Notes under the pieces: generated by a model
What the model saw: only the letters and a program-made list of their open reading frames with translations
What the model was told of the DNA's origin: nothing
Database searches by the model: none
Source of the DNA: an uncultured Spirochaetota bacterium
GTDB lineage: Bacteria > Spirochaetota > Spirochaetia > SZUA-6 > Fen-1364
Assembly: GCA_963820525.1 (NCBI GenBank)
Contig: CAWGAA010000002.1
Span: 480,001 to 544,000 of the forward strand
Reading direction: 5' to 3'
DNA: 64,000 bases
Shown here: one piece after another, positions 42,022 to 52,560 of the stretch
Position numbering within the stretch: position 1 is the stretch's first letter
Layout: every line of letters starts with the position of its first letter
Translations under genes and position numbers: made by a program

Positions 42022-42660
42022 TTACGATCTGAGGAATGCCTTGAATTTGTCGGAGGCGCTCGCGGCGTCCGGCGCGTAGCCGTCGGCCCCGATCTCCTTG
42101 GCGAACGCGTCCGTGAGGGGCGCGCCTCCTACCATGAACTTCACTTTCTTTCTCACCCCCTCCTTCTCGAAACGCTCGATGACGTCCTTCATGCCCGTCA
42201 TGGTCGTCGTGAGGAGGGCAGAGATGCCGATGGCCTTCGCGTCGGGATTCTCCTTGTACGCCTGGAGGAACTTGTCCGCCGAAACGTCTATGCCCAGGTC
42301 CAGCACTTCTATTCCGGCGCCCTGGGCCATCATCTTCACGAGGTTCTTGCCGATGTCGTGGAGGTCTCCCTTCACCGTGCCGACGATGATCTTGCCGATC
42401 GGCTTGACGCCGGCCTTCACCAGCTCCGGCTTCAGGATGTCCATGGCCGCGTTCATCGCCCGGGCGGCGATGAGCACTTCCGGAATGTAGATCTCGTTGC
42501 ACTTGAACTTCTGGCCGACCTTTTCCATTCCGTCGAGGAGGCCCCTGTTGAGGATGTCCGCGGCCGAGTTCTTTTCCGCGAGCAGCGCCGAGGTGAGCTC
42601 CTTTGCCAGAGGCGAGCTTCCCTTCTGAATCGCTTCCGAAAGCTGCCGAAACGTCGCCAC
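42022..42660 (-). CDS. Corrinoid (B12-binding) protein
   Basis: IYIPEVLIAARAM, GTVKGDLHDIGKNLV, SALLTTT, GGAP. Confidence 0.93.
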   Translation of the reverse strand: MATFRQLSEAIQKGSSPLAKELTSALLAEKNSAADILNRGLLDGMEKVGQKFKCNEIYIPEVLIAARAMNAAMDILKPELVKAGVKPIGKIIVGTVKGDLHDIGKNLVKMMAQGAGIEVLDLGIDVSADKFLQAYKENPDAKAIGISALLTTTMTGMKDVIERFEKEGVRKKVKFMVGGAPLTDAFAKEIGADGYAPDAASASDKFKAFLRS

Positions 42661-42731
42661 CGCTCGCCCTCCTTCGCTGTAATTGACGAAAATGCCGCCT
42701 TCTGCGAGTATCATGTTCAAGGAGTTTTTCG

Positions 42732-42965
42732 ATGTCAAGAGGAAGGCCCGAGATCGATCGGGAGAAATGCAAGGGTTGCGCTTTGTGCGTGGGCGCGTGC
42801 CCCGAGGAAATACTTCGGATGAGCGGAAACACCTTCAACAGGCAGGGTCTGCCGTTCGCCGTCTGCTCGGACGAGTCGAAATGCACAGCGTGCCTCTCCT
42901 GCGCCATCATCTGCCCCGATACGGCCATCAGGATCCTGAAGCTCGCGGTTGCGGCGGGAGAGTGA
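42732..42965 (+). CDS. 2[4Fe-4S] ferredoxin, delta subunit of 2-oxoacid:ferredoxin oxidoreductase
   Basis: CKGCALCVGACP and CTACLSCAIICP. Confidence 0.92.
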   Translation: MSRGRPEIDREKCKGCALCVGACPEEILRMSGNTFNRQGLPFAVCSDESKCTACLSCAIICPDTAIRILKLAVAAGE

Positions 42966-42968
42966 GTC

Positions 42969-44027
42969 ATGGCAGAGAAGATCCTCATGAAGGGAAACGA
43001 GGCCATCGGCGAGGCCGCCATCATCGCCGGATGCCGGTTCTACTTCGGCTACCCCATTACGCCGCAGAACGAACTGCCCGCCTACATGGCGCTCCGCCTT
43101 CCCCAGGTGGGAGGCACCTTCATCCAGGCGGAGAGCGAGCTGGCGGCCATCAACATGGTGTTCGGAGCTTCAGCCGCCGGCGCCAGGACCATGACATCCT
43201 CCTCCTCCCCCGGCGTGAGCCTCAAGATGGAGGGCATCTCCTATCTCTCGGGCGCTGAGCTTCCCGCCGTCGTGGTGAACATGATGCGGGGGGGACCGGG
43301 GCTGGGCAACATCGCGGGAGCCCAGGCCGACTACTTCCAGGCGGTCAAGGGCGGCGGGCACGGCGACTACAGGTGCATCGTGCTGGCCCCCGCCACTGTG
43401 CAGGAGCTTGCAGACCTCACCATCAACGCATTCGATCTCGCGGACCGCTACCGTATGGTGGTGATACTCCTGGGAGACGGTTTCCTCGGCCAGATGTCGG
43501 AGCCCATCGAGCTGCCGCGGGCCTCCGGTGAGAGCTTCGACAAGAGCGCGTGGGTGCTCTCCGGGGCCGAGGGACGGGATCCGCACATCATCATGTCCAT
43601 GCGCTTGAACCCCGAAGACGCGCTGGAGAAGCTCAACCTCAAGCTGCAGGCGAAATACAGGGAAATAGAAGAGAGCGAGTGCCGTTGGGAGGAGCTGGAG
43701 ACGGCGGATGCCGACTACCTGGTGGCGGGCTTCGGGCTGGCCGCCCGAATCTGCCGCTCGGCGGTCCACGCCCTTCGAAAGGCGGGGATCAGGGCCGGGC
43801 TCTTCCGGCCGGTGACCGTGTGGCCGTTCCCCTCCCGCCAACTCGCCGATGCGGCGCGGGGGAAGCGCCGCGTCCTCGTCGTGGAGATGAACGCGGGCCA
43901 GATGGTCGAGGACGTCAAGCTTGCGATTGAAGGCTCGGTGCCCGTCGATTTCTTCGGCACTCTCGGCGGGGCCACGCCTCAGGTCGACGACATCGTGGAA
44001 AGGGTGAAGGGATATGCAGGTAGGTGA
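42969..44027 (+). CDS. 2-oxoacid:ferredoxin oxidoreductase alpha subunit (VorB-like)
   Basis: GNEAI, GYPITPQ, QAESE, TSSSSPG, RGGPGLG. Confidence 0.92.
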   Translation: MAEKILMKGNEAIGEAAIIAGCRFYFGYPITPQNELPAYMALRLPQVGGTFIQAESELAAINMVFGASAAGARTMTSSSSPGVSLKMEGISYLSGAELPAVVVNMMRGGPGLGNIAGAQADYFQAVKGGGHGDYRCIVLAPATVQELADLTINAFDLADRYRMVVILLGDGFLGQMSEPIELPRASGESFDKSAWVLSGAEGRDPHIIMSMRLNPEDALEKLNLKLQAKYREIEESECRWEELETADADYLVAGFGLAARICRSAVHALRKAGIRAGLFRPVTVWPFPSRQLADAARGKRRVLVVEMNAGQMVEDVKLAIEGSVPVDFFGTLGGATPQVDDIVERVKGYAGR

Positions 44028-44769
44028 AGCGGTTGAGAAGGTCGTTTATCAGAGGCCGGAGAGCCTGACTTCCCGTCCCACGCATTACTGCCCCGGCTGC
44101 GGGCATGGGATCATCCACAAGCTCATCGCGCAGGCCATCGACGAGCTGGGCATCCGCGAGAAGACCATCGTCATTGCCCCCGTGGGCTGCGCCGTGCTCG
44201 CCTACAATTACATCCTGGTTGACGGCTGCGAGGCCGCCCACGGGCGGGCCCCGGCGGTGGCCACGGGCATCAAGAGGGCGGCGAAGGACAAGGTCGTCAT
44301 CTCCTATCAAGGGGATGGAGACCTGCTCGCGATCGGCACCGCGGAAACCGTCCATGCGGCCAACCGCGGCGAGAAGATCACCGTGGTGTTCGTGAACAAC
44401 GCCATCTACGGGATGACGGGCGGACAGATGGCGCCGACGAGCCTCAATAAGCAGAAAACAAAGACAACCCCATACGGCAGGGACCCCTCCGACGTGGGAA
44501 GCCCGATCCGGGCGTGCGAGCTGCTCAATACACTGGAGGCTCCCGTGTTCATCGAGCGATGCGCGGTGAACAGCGTGAAGAGCGTGCTGAAGACCAAGCG
44601 CGCCATAGTCAAGGGCTTGAAAAACCAGATCGCGGGCAAGGGGTATTCCTTCATCGAGGTGCTCTCGATGTGTCCCACGGGCTGGGGGATGACGCCGCCG
44701 GATGCCGCCCGGTGGATCGACGAGGCGATGATCCCCTACTTCCCGTTGGGGAACTTCAGAGACAGGTAG
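44014..44769 (+). CDS. 2-oxoacid:ferredoxin oxidoreductase beta (TPP-binding) subunit
   Basis: [27 protein letters not shown]. Confidence 0.93.
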   Translation: MQVGEAVEKVVYQRPESLTSRPTHYCPGCGHGIIHKLIAQAIDELGIREKTIVIAPVGCAVLAYNYILVDGCEAAHGRAPAVATGIKRAAKDKVVISYQGDGDLLAIGTAETVHAANRGEKITVVFVNNAIYGMTGGQMAPTSLNKQKTKTTPYGRDPSDVGSPIRACELLNTLEAPVFIERCAVNSVKSVLKTKRAIVKGLKNQIAGKGYSFIEVLSMCPTGWGMTPPDAARWIDEAMIPYFPLGNFRDR

Positions 44770-44780
44770 GGGAGGGCATC

Positions 44781-45317
44781 GTGTACGAGGGAATCTTCTT
44801 TGCCGGCTTCGGCGGACAGGGCGTCATCCTCGCGGGGAGGCTTCTCTGCCTCGCTGCCATGAAGGAAGGAAAGTTCGTCTCCCATATCCCTTCCTATGGC
44901 GCCGAGGTCCGCGGGGGCACGGCGAACTGCTCCGTTGTGGTATCCGACGAGCAGATCGCTTCTCCCCTGGTGGCGCATCCCAGCATCTGCGTCGTGATGA
45001 ACTCCCCGTCGTTCGTCAAGTTCCAGCCCTTCGTGAAGCCGGGAGGGCTTTTCATCTACAACTCCTCCCTTATTGAGCTTGAGCCCGAGCGCGCCGACAT
45101 CGAGGCGCTGCCGGTGAAGGCCAACGCCATCGCCGAGGAGATCGGCTCGTACAGGGCCGCCAACATGGTCGCCCTGGGGCTGCTCCTGAAAAAGAGGCCG
45201 GTGGCATCCCTGGAGGCCGTGCTCGCGGCCCTGGACGAAGCGGTCTCCGCCAGAAACCGCGCGCTCAACGAGATCAACCGCAAGGCCCTCAGGAGAGGGT
45301 TCGATGGGGCAGCCTGA
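44781..45317 (+). CDS. 2-oxoacid:ferredoxin oxidoreductase gamma subunit
   Basis: AGFGGQGV, PSYGAEVRGG, ANMVALG. Confidence 0.93.
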   Translation: MYEGIFFAGFGGQGVILAGRLLCLAAMKEGKFVSHIPSYGAEVRGGTANCSVVVSDEQIASPLVAHPSICVVMNSPSFVKFQPFVKPGGLFIYNSSLIELEPERADIEALPVKANAIAEEIGSYRAANMVALGLLLKKRPVASLEAVLAALDEAVSARNRALNEINRKALRRGFDGAA

Positions 45318-46002
45318 CAGGTCCCACTACAGATTCCTGTTCTGGCGCACCGACTTCGTCGGGGTCGCCATGATCCTGAGCGGCCTGTTCTTCATCCTGG
45401 TCAATTTCAGGGTAATCCCGGTAAGCGACTTCGTGCTTGCGCGCGTTCTGGGGATCCTCTTCATCATTGGAGGGCTGATCTTCGTTTTCTTCACGGGCGC
45501 GGGCGGGTGGCTCTCCTGGTTCGTCATTCCCGCGGGGGTCCTCATCACGGGCGGGGCCACGACCCTGATTCTCGGCGCCTCGCTGTTCATCAGCATCACC
45601 TCCGCCATCATCTGTTCCACGGGGATGGGGCTCACGTTCCTGTTCGTGTTCGTGACGCGAAAGAACAATTGGTGGGCGTTGATCCCGGCGTGCACCTTCT
45701 TCGGCCTCGCCGGATGGGCGCTCTTGTCCAAGAGCTTTCCCTCCATCGGCTACCATCCCGTGTTCCTGATTTTCGCAGTCGGGGCCGCCTTCCTCATCAT
45801 CTACCTCAACTCATTCCAGAAAGCGCAGATGCGCTGGAGCCTGTTCACCGGGACTCTCATCGTGACGGTATCGCTGGTCTACTTCCTCGTGATCCTGCTC
45901 TCCCGATGGAGCGTTCTCTGGCCGGCGGTTCTGCTTCTCATCGGCTTCCTCCTCCCCGCCGGGCTCGTGATAGCGGAGAGGCGCTTCCGAAGGAAGGAAT
46001 GA
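45304..46002 (+). CDS. Multi-pass membrane protein
   Basis: ~8 hydrophobic segments with W..IP repeats. Confidence 0.8.
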   Translation: MGQPDRSHYRFLFWRTDFVGVAMILSGLFFILVNFRVIPVSDFVLARVLGILFIIGGLIFVFFTGAGGWLSWFVIPAGVLITGGATTLILGASLFISITSAIICSTGMGLTFLFVFVTRKNNWWALIPACTFFGLAGWALLSKSFPSIGYHPVFLIFAVGAAFLIIYLNSFQKAQMRWSLFTGTLIVTVSLVYFLVILLSRWSVLWPAVLLLIGFLLPAGLVIAERRFRRKE

Positions 46003-46113
46003 TGCCGCCGGCGCGCGGGTGATCCTCTCTCCCCGCTGCCGCTCCCCGGCACGCCAGGCTTGCAAACAGCGCCGCGACGGGCGTATACTCGAAAGAGGAA
46101 AGGGAAAGTGCCT

Positions 46114-46467
46114 ATGGCCGAACGAAGAAAAACGAACCGCAGGGCGCTGCTCGTCACCACGATCATCAGGAAGGCCGCATCCGGCGGGTCCAAGGATTTC
46201 GAGATCATGGAGTTCCGCACCCACGACATGTGCAGTGGCGGGATCTTCATCTCCACGGAGGATCTTTCCATCTTCGACCTCGGCGAAGAGGTGGAGATCC
46301 TCGTTGACGACAACGGCACGCGCTACTACGAGGGCAAGGCCCGCGTCGTGCGCTCGGCGCGAATCTTCACCGAGGAAGGAAACCCGGTTGAAAGCGGCTT
46401 CGGGATGATGTTCATGTCTCCCGACAACGAGTTCATGGGCATGATCTCCCGAAAGCTCAAGGACTGA
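46114..46467 (+). CDS. PilZ-domain protein
   Basis: ERRKTNR (RxxxR), DMCSGG, ARVVR, GFGMMF. Confidence 0.8.
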   Translation: MAERRKTNRRALLVTTIIRKAASGGSKDFEIMEFRTHDMCSGGIFISTEDLSIFDLGEEVEILVDDNGTRYYEGKARVVRSARIFTEEGNPVESGFGMMFMSPDNEFMGMISRKLKD

Positions 46468-46473
46468 AAGGCC

Positions 46474-47916
46474 GTGGCCGCCGACAGCGCGCCTTCCGTC
46501 AGCTTTCTGGGCGCTGCGCGCAGCGTGACCGGATCGCGATATCTCCTGCAGGCGGCCGGCAGGTGCATTCTTGTCGACTGCGGCCTGAATCAGGAGCGCG
46601 ACCAGGAAGCCCGCAACTGGGAGCCATTTACCGTCTCACCGGACGCAATCGATTGCCTCCTGCTCACCCATGCCCACCTCGACCACTGCGGTCTGATCCC
46701 TCGTCTGGCCAAGGAAGGCTTTCGCGGGACGATCTTCAGCACGGGCCCCACCGCGGAGATCGCGCGGATCGTGATGCTCGATTCGGCGCGCCTGCAGGTG
46801 GAGGACGTGGAAAACAAGAAGAAGCGGCACCAGCGGGAGAACAGGGAGGCGCCGCATCCCCTCGTCCCCCTGTACACGGAAGCCGACGCGGAAAAAGCGG
46901 CGTCCCTTTTCAGGACGGTCCGCTTTGGAGAGTCGGTGCGCATCGGCGACGGCATCGAGGCCGATTTCACGGAAGCGGGCCATATCCTCGGCTCCGCTTC
47001 CATCAGGGTTCGCGTGGCCGGGGGGGATGGAGGAGCCCGCCGCCGTGGCGGGCCTGAGCGGAGCATTGTTTTTTCCGGAGACATCGGAAGGTGGGACAAG
47101 CCCATCCTGAAGGACCCCAACCCCTTCGACCGGGCCGACTACCTCCTCATGGAGTCCACCTACGGGGACAGCGTGCACGAGGGAGAAGGAGAGATCCAGT
47201 CTCGCCTGCGCGAGATCATCACCTCCACCGTGAAGGCGGGAGGCAATGTCGTGATCCCCAGCTTCGCCATCGAGCGGTCGCAGGAGGTTCTCTTCTACCT
47301 CAACAAGCTTCTCATGGCGAACGAGATTCCCCATCTCCTCGTCTTCCTCGACAGCCCCATGGCCACCCGCGTGACGGAGATCTTCGGCCGCTTCCCCGAG
47401 TTCCTCGACGCGGAGACTCTGGAGCTGATCCGCCGAAAGAGCTCCCCCTTCGACATCCCGGGGCTCATGACGACGAGGAGCGCGGAGGATTCGAAGGCGA
47501 TCAACCGCATCACGGGCAGCGTCATCATCATCGCGGGGGCAGGAATGTGCACGGGCGGCCGCATCAAGCACCACCTGGCCAGGAACATCGAGCGGCCCGA
47601 AAGCGCCATCCTCTTCGTTGGCTACCAGGCATCCGGGACGCTGGGGCGGGAGATCCAGGATGGGGCGAAAGAGGTGCGGATTCTCGGGGAAAACCACCCC
47701 GTGCGGGCCCGCGTGTTTCGCATCGGCGGCTTCTCGGCCCATGCGGACAGGAACGAGCTTCTGAGGTGGGCGGGGTATCTGAAGGCCGCTCCGCGGGGCG
47801 TGTTCATCACGCATGGCGAGCCCGAGACGGCGCAGCATTTCAGGGATTTCCTCGCCGCGGAGAAGGGCTGGGAAGTCTCGGTTCCCTCGCCGGGACAGGT
47901 CGTCCAGCTCGCCTGA
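46474..47916 (+). CDS. beta-CASP metallo-beta-lactamase-fold ribonuclease
   Basis: THAHLDHCG, AGHILGS, FSGD, ESTYG, FSAHAD, HGE. Confidence 0.93.
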   Translation: MAADSAPSVSFLGAARSVTGSRYLLQAAGRCILVDCGLNQERDQEARNWEPFTVSPDAIDCLLLTHAHLDHCGLIPRLAKEGFRGTIFSTGPTAEIARIVMLDSARLQVEDVENKKKRHQRENREAPHPLVPLYTEADAEKAASLFRTVRFGESVRIGDGIEADFTEAGHILGSASIRVRVAGGDGGARRRGGPERSIVFSGDIGRWDKPILKDPNPFDRADYLLMESTYGDSVHEGEGEIQSRLREIITSTVKAGGNVVIPSFAIERSQEVLFYLNKLLMANEIPHLLVFLDSPMATRVTEIFGRFPEFLDAETLELIRRKSSPFDIPGLMTTRSAEDSKAINRITGSVIIIAGAGMCTGGRIKHHLARNIERPESAILFVGYQASGTLGREIQDGAKEVRILGENHPVRARVFRIGGFSAHADRNELLRWAGYLKAAPRGVFITHGEPETAQHFRDFLAAEKGWEVSVPSPGQVVQLA

Positions 47917-47987
47917 ATCGGGCTTCGGCCGGCGCGGCGCCGCCCTGGCCTCGGTCTAGGCCCGTGCGGCGCCGCCGTGCCCCCGCT

Positions 47988-49646
47988 CTAATAGCTGAAC
48001 TCGCTTTCCCCGATGAACTCCCGAAGGATCGAAGTGGGGGGAACCCACCGCGGATGCAGGGGCGCGAAGTTCGCCAGGAACGACATGAGCGTGCGGGCGT
48101 CCTGATATTCGGGGGTGTCGGGCTTCACCGTGGCCAGGAGAGGCTCCGCGTATACCTTGAGCACGGCCAGCTCGTAGTCCAACGCCGAGTTGAAGGCAGA
48201 ATCCGCCATGTTCTGGAAGGGGAAGATGTTCCTGTCCTCTCCCCGACGGACCGACGGCCACATGGAAAGGGTGGTGAGCGCGGAATGCCCGCGGAACTGG
48301 TTGTCCCTCACCAGCCGGCGCAGGAGCCTGTTATCAGTCGTTGCGATGCGGTTGTGGTCGTCGAGGTTGAGCTGGGTGAGGGCGGACACGTAGATCTTGT
48401 ACTTGGTCTCCCTGTCGATCAGCGGCGTGAGCGCGTCGTTGAGACCGTGGATTCCCTCGAGGATCAGCATGGCGCGCTCGGGAAGCTTCAGCGGCTTGCC
48501 CTTGGGCTTGCGGGATCCGCTCATGAAGTCGAAGGAGGGTATCTCGACCTCCTCCCCCTTGAGAAGCGCCAGTATATGCTGGTTGAGCAGCGTGACATCG
48601 AGTGCTTCCAGTGCTTCGAAGTCGTAGTTGCCTTCCGCATCGCGGGGGGTGCGCTCCCGCTCCTGGAAGTAGTCGTCCAGCGAGATGGTCACGGGGTTCC
48701 TGCCCACGACGCGCAGCTGGATCATCAGCTTCTTGGAGAAGGTGGTCTTGCCCGACGAGGAGGGCCCCGCGATGAGAACGACGCGGACCTGCCCCCGCTT
48801 CTCCGTTATCCTGTCCGCCATCTGGGCGATCTTCTTGTCCTGGAGCGCCTCGGCCACCTGGATGAACTCCTTGATTCTCCCCTCGCGGATGAGCTCGTTG
48901 AGGCTTCCCACGGAGCTGATTCGAAGTATCTTCCCCCAGTTCTTGTATTCCCTGTATATGGAGAACAGGACGGGGTTCTCCTCGAAGGGGGCGAGGGAGG
49001 CGGGGTCATCAGCGGGAGGGTAGCGCAGGAGGAAGCCCGGCGGATAACCTTTGATGCCGAACACGGAGAGGATCCCGGTTGAGGGCACCAGCGGCCCGTG
49101 CGTGAGGTCGAGGAATCCCTCGCAGGAGTTGAGCCGGATCCGAGGCTCGTTCAGGTTCTTCAGGAGAAGCAGGGTATCCGGCTGGTTGTTCCTCTCGAAG
49201 TAGCGCACTGCGTCGAGGTAGGAGAGAACGATGCAGCGGATGGGAAGGTCCTCGGAAGCGATCTCGCGCATCCGGCTCTCTATCTTCGCCAGGTCCCTCT
49301 CGGCCGCCTCCTCCATCCCGTCGAAGTAGTAGAAGTACCCCTGCCCGAGGGAGTGGCCGATCACGAGGCGGCGTTTCGGGAAAACCTGCCGGGCGGCCAT
49401 GGACAGGAGGAAGCACAGCGATTTCCTGTAGATCGACACCCCGGCGGGTGATGCGAGGTCCACCGGGGCCAGGCTCGTGTTCACTTCCAGCTGATGCTGG
49501 AGGTTGACGACTTCACTGTTGGCCAGCATCGCCACCAGCGGAAAGCCTGTTGTCGGGAAGGCGGGATCGGAGAGAAGCTCGCCGACGGGCGTGCCGGCAC
49601 GGACCTCGCGGGCTTCTCCGGAGGGCAGGAGAACCCGGACCGTCAT
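47988..49646 (-). CDS. Nucleoside (uridine) kinase with ThrRS-like N-terminal domains
   Basis: IAGPSSSGKTTF, SLDDY, LEGIHGLN, RRLVRD..RG. Confidence 0.88.
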   Translation of the reverse strand: MTVRVLLPSGEAREVRAGTPVGELLSDPAFPTTGFPLVAMLANSEVVNLQHQLEVNTSLAPVDLASPAGVSIYRKSLCFLLSMAARQVFPKRRLVIGHSLGQGYFYYFDGMEEAAERDLAKIESRMREIASEDLPIRCIVLSYLDAVRYFERNNQPDTLLLLKNLNEPRIRLNSCEGFLDLTHGPLVPSTGILSVFGIKGYPPGFLLRYPPADDPASLAPFEENPVLFSIYREYKNWGKILRISSVGSLNELIREGRIKEFIQVAEALQDKKIAQMADRITEKRGQVRVVLIAGPSSSGKTTFSKKLMIQLRVVGRNPVTISLDDYFQERERTPRDAEGNYDFEALEALDVTLLNQHILALLKGEEVEIPSFDFMSGSRKPKGKPLKLPERAMLILEGIHGLNDALTPLIDRETKYKIYVSALTQLNLDDHNRIATTDNRLLRRLVRDNQFRGHSALTTLSMWPSVRRGEDRNIFPFQNMADSAFNSALDYELAVLKVYAEPLLATVKPDTPEYQDARTLMSFLANFAPLHPRWVPPTSILREFIGESEFSY

Positions 49647-50815
49647 AGATTGCTTTTCACCTCGCGGGCCTCTTCGCTGCCCAAAACGCGTACGATCGAG
49701 ATTCCCTTGCCTTCCATTCCCTCCGAGGTCTGGATGAGGGGCTGCTCCGCCAGCCTCTTGCCCTCGGGATCGATCGTGACCTTGACCACGGGGCAGCGCG
49801 GCTTCTCGGAGTCCGCCTTGATGACCACCCCCTTGCTCTGGTTGGTGAGGAGCACCGCGGTTCCCACCGGGTACACGGAGAGGGTATAGACGAGCGCCTT
49901 GAGCACGCGGTCGTCGTACTGCTTTCTGTTTTTCTGCAGAAGATCCTTGATGGCGGAATGGCCGTCGAGACCGGCGGCGCGGAACGGCCGCTTGGAGACG
50001 ATGGCGTCATAGGAGCAGGCGACCGCGATGATGCGCGCGTACTCCGTGATCTTCTCCCCCATGAGGTTGCGCGGATAGCCGGTCCCGTCCATCCGCTCGT
50101 GGTGCTCGATGGCGGCCAGGGCCACGTTCTCCGGCGCGGAGAACCCCTTCAAGATTCTGTAGCCGAGCACCGTATGCGTGATGATCACCTTCCGCTCCTC
50201 TTCGTTGAGCTTCTTGGCGGAGCGGCGAAGCTCCGCGGGGAGCTTGAGCATCCCGATCTCGTGAAGGAGGCACGCGTTTCCCAGCTCGATCAGCCGATGG
50301 GGGGGAGCCTTGAGGTAGTCTCCGATTATCGAAGCGAGGATGGTGGAGTTGACGGAGTGGCTGACGAGGTAGTCGTCGACGCTTCCGTCCATCTCGACGG
50401 CGCGAAGCAGGTAGTCGCGCCGCTCGCGGACCATCTGAATGGTCTTCTTCACCCACTCGGTGACGGTGGCGAGATTCAGGGTCCCGTCCGCCGCGAATTG
50501 CGTGAAGAGCCCTGCCGTGAAGAGCCGCATCTCGGAATAGAACTTGCGCGCCGTTATGAGGTGCTCGCGCTCCTTGATGTCCTCGTCGAGGGTCTGGGAG
50601 GTGAGGCTCAGGTGATCCGCTCCGGAGAGATAGCTCGGGATGTCCTTGGCCTTTCCCTCCGTGAGCACCTGGAGGTATTTCCACTTCTTCAGTCTCTTGA
50701 TCAGGTCATCCGTGACGGGGGAGTCGGGTGTGAGCAGGATGTAGTTCTCGTCGAGGAATACGGGCTGATCGAAGTAGAGGTTGGCAGACAGCGTAGAAAC
50801 CGCCACTGTGTTCAT
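49643..50815 (-). CDS. HD-GYP domain protein (degenerate HD site)
   Basis: HHERMDGTGYP intact; LLHEIG and ACSYDA replace the usual HD and AD. Confidence 0.88.
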   Translation of the reverse strand: MNTVAVSTLSANLYFDQPVFLDENYILLTPDSPVTDDLIKRLKKWKYLQVLTEGKAKDIPSYLSGADHLSLTSQTLDEDIKEREHLITARKFYSEMRLFTAGLFTQFAADGTLNLATVTEWVKKTIQMVRERRDYLLRAVEMDGSVDDYLVSHSVNSTILASIIGDYLKAPPHRLIELGNACLLHEIGMLKLPAELRRSAKKLNEEERKVIITHTVLGYRILKGFSAPENVALAAIEHHERMDGTGYPRNLMGEKITEYARIIAVACSYDAIVSKRPFRAAGLDGHSAIKDLLQKNRKQYDDRVLKALVYTLSVYPVGTAVLLTNQSKGVVIKADSEKPRCPVVKVTIDPEGKRLAEQPLIQTSEGMEGKGISIVRVLGSEEAREVKSNL

Positions 50816-50885
50816 TCAATTTCACTCTCTTTGGTTGACTGGCAAGGGGCATTTCCCCTACACTCAGGCTCTATTATAGGAGTTT

Positions 50886-51851
50886 TTGATGAAATTGAAA
50901 GCGATATTCGCCCTTTTCAATGGGGTTCTGCTCGCATCATTTCTCCTGATCTTTTTCATGCCGCTGTTCCTCCTTGGCTCCGACTACTTCCTCCAGTTCT
51001 GGGCAAGCAAGAACTGGGCTATCGCCGCCGTATTCCTCATCACCCTGGGCCTTCTCAACGCGTATTTCATCATGAACTGGGGCCTGTTCAAGCACCTGGA
51101 GCGCGAGGATTGGCCGGCGCTCGTCTCGTACCTCGAGGAGCGCATCCTCGGCCGGGGCATGGTCCGGCCGATGTATGTGCGGATGATCCTCAATGCCTAC
51201 CTCATCACGTCCAACACGGAAGGGATCCTCGCCCTGGAAGCGTATCTCAAGAGCAAGAAGCCGAGGCTCATCGCCAGGTACGGCCTTCAGTTCGGGATCC
51301 CATACTTGTTGATGAAAGATCCGGCGGTCTCCGAGGCCTTCTTCGCCTCTCTTTTGGCGAACGCGCGGGTTTCGGACCGGGACTGGGTGCGATGGAACCA
51401 TGCCTTCAGTCTCCTCCAGCAGGGCAGGAGCGAAGATGTGAAGAGCGAGCTCGCGGGCCTGCTGGAATCCGCGCGCGACCCCGTGCTGCGCATGCTCACC
51501 CTGTACCTGCTCGATGTATTCGGCCAAGGCGACGCCCAGGTGGGACGCCGGGTGACGGAGGGACGGGAACGCCTCACGGGAGAGCTCACGGCGGGCGAGA
51601 TGAACCGGAGAATCGAAAAGTCGGGAGAGAACATGGAAGTCGTCGTGCTCTCCAAGATCGTCTCGGATGCTCGGGATTGGCTCTATTCGCCGCGCGCCGG
51701 CGCCGCAGGGCTCCCGGCCGCGAGCGGCGCGGGCGATCCCGCATCCGCCCAGGCAGGCGCTGATGTCGGATCCGCTCCGACCGGCAGCGATGCCGGACCC
51801 GCCCCGGCCGACGATTCCGGGTCCCCGACCGGCGGCGGTCAGCCACGCTGA
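50886..51851 (+). CDS. Hypothetical protein with two N-terminal TM helices and low-complexity tail
   Basis: 321-aa ORF with RBS, host-like codon pattern. Confidence 0.75.
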   Translation: MMKLKAIFALFNGVLLASFLLIFFMPLFLLGSDYFLQFWASKNWAIAAVFLITLGLLNAYFIMNWGLFKHLEREDWPALVSYLEERILGRGMVRPMYVRMILNAYLITSNTEGILALEAYLKSKKPRLIARYGLQFGIPYLLMKDPAVSEAFFASLLANARVSDRDWVRWNHAFSLLQQGRSEDVKSELAGLLESARDPVLRMLTLYLLDVFGQGDAQVGRRVTEGRERLTGELTAGEMNRRIEKSGENMEVVVLSKIVSDARDWLYSPRAGAAGLPAASGAGDPASAQAGADVGSAPTGSDAGPAPADDSGSPTGGGQPR

Positions 51852-52426
51852 AACAGGTCTCGCGGCTCGTTGAGGGTCTGATAACCGATCTCGTTTCCCA
51901 TGCGGATAAGGACGGGCGCCCATAGGCTCTGGGAATAGTAGAACCCCAGAGCGCACAGGATACCCATCGCCGCGGAGCCGATCCAGACCAGGGGCTTCCG
52001 CGAAGAGACGACCGTCAGCATCGTGGAAAGGGCGGTGGAAATCACGATCGCCGTGAAAGTGCCCCAGATCGACGTCAGGCGCGCGAAGAAAACTCCCCTG
52101 TAGAAGATCTCCTCCACGGGAACGAAGAAGAAGAGGATGAGTAGCTGGGAGAGGATGAATGTCCTGGTCAGCGTCGCCGCCGCGATGCGCGCTCCCCGGA
52201 AGTGCAGGAGCTGGACCGCCATGCACGACACCCCGACCCCCGCTCCCGTGATGAGCCCTTTCGGGGTGGGAGCCAGGAAAGCGGGAGACGAGGTGAGGAT
52301 GATAGCCAGTGCGAAGGCGAGCTGCACGAACCCCACAATTGAATCGATGAACAGGTTCTTGAACGAGTAGGGCAGCGCCCACAGGTGGATCATGAAGGCG
52401 AGCGAAAGGATCAACAGGTCGAACAC
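51839..52426 (-). CDS. CPBP/CAAX-family intramembrane metalloprotease-like protein
   Basis: PVEEIFYRG motif, multiple TM helices; the later His motifs appear degenerate. Confidence 0.75.
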   Translation of the reverse strand: MFDLLILSLAFMIHLWALPYSFKNLFIDSIVGFVQLAFALAIILTSSPAFLAPTPKGLITGAGVGVSCMAVQLLHFRGARIAAATLTRTFILSQLLILFFFVPVEEIFYRGVFFARLTSIWGTFTAIVISTALSTMLTVVSSRKPLVWIGSAAMGILCALGFYYSQSLWAPVLIRMGNEIGYQTLNEPRDLFQRG

Positions 52427-52514
52427 GAGGTTGAAGGCTAAAGGCTTGGTCTCCGGAAGTCAAGCAGACGTTTGACGCCGCGCGAATCCTCCGTGACGGC
52501 GGAGCCGCCGGATG

Positions 52515-52544
52515 TTGACAGCTGTTGCGGGAGGCGGGTATCAT
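52515..52544 (+). promoter_or_regulatory. sigma70-like promoter of the ABC operon
   Basis: TTGACA-18 bp-TATCAT. Confidence 0.5.
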
Positions 52545-52560
52545 CGCATCCACTCTCGAG

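Noticed and set aside
52427..52560. Cobalamin riboswitch upstream of the Btu-like ABC operon
   Set aside because: A promoter-like element sits only ~16 nt from the likely start, and I see no B12-box sequence.
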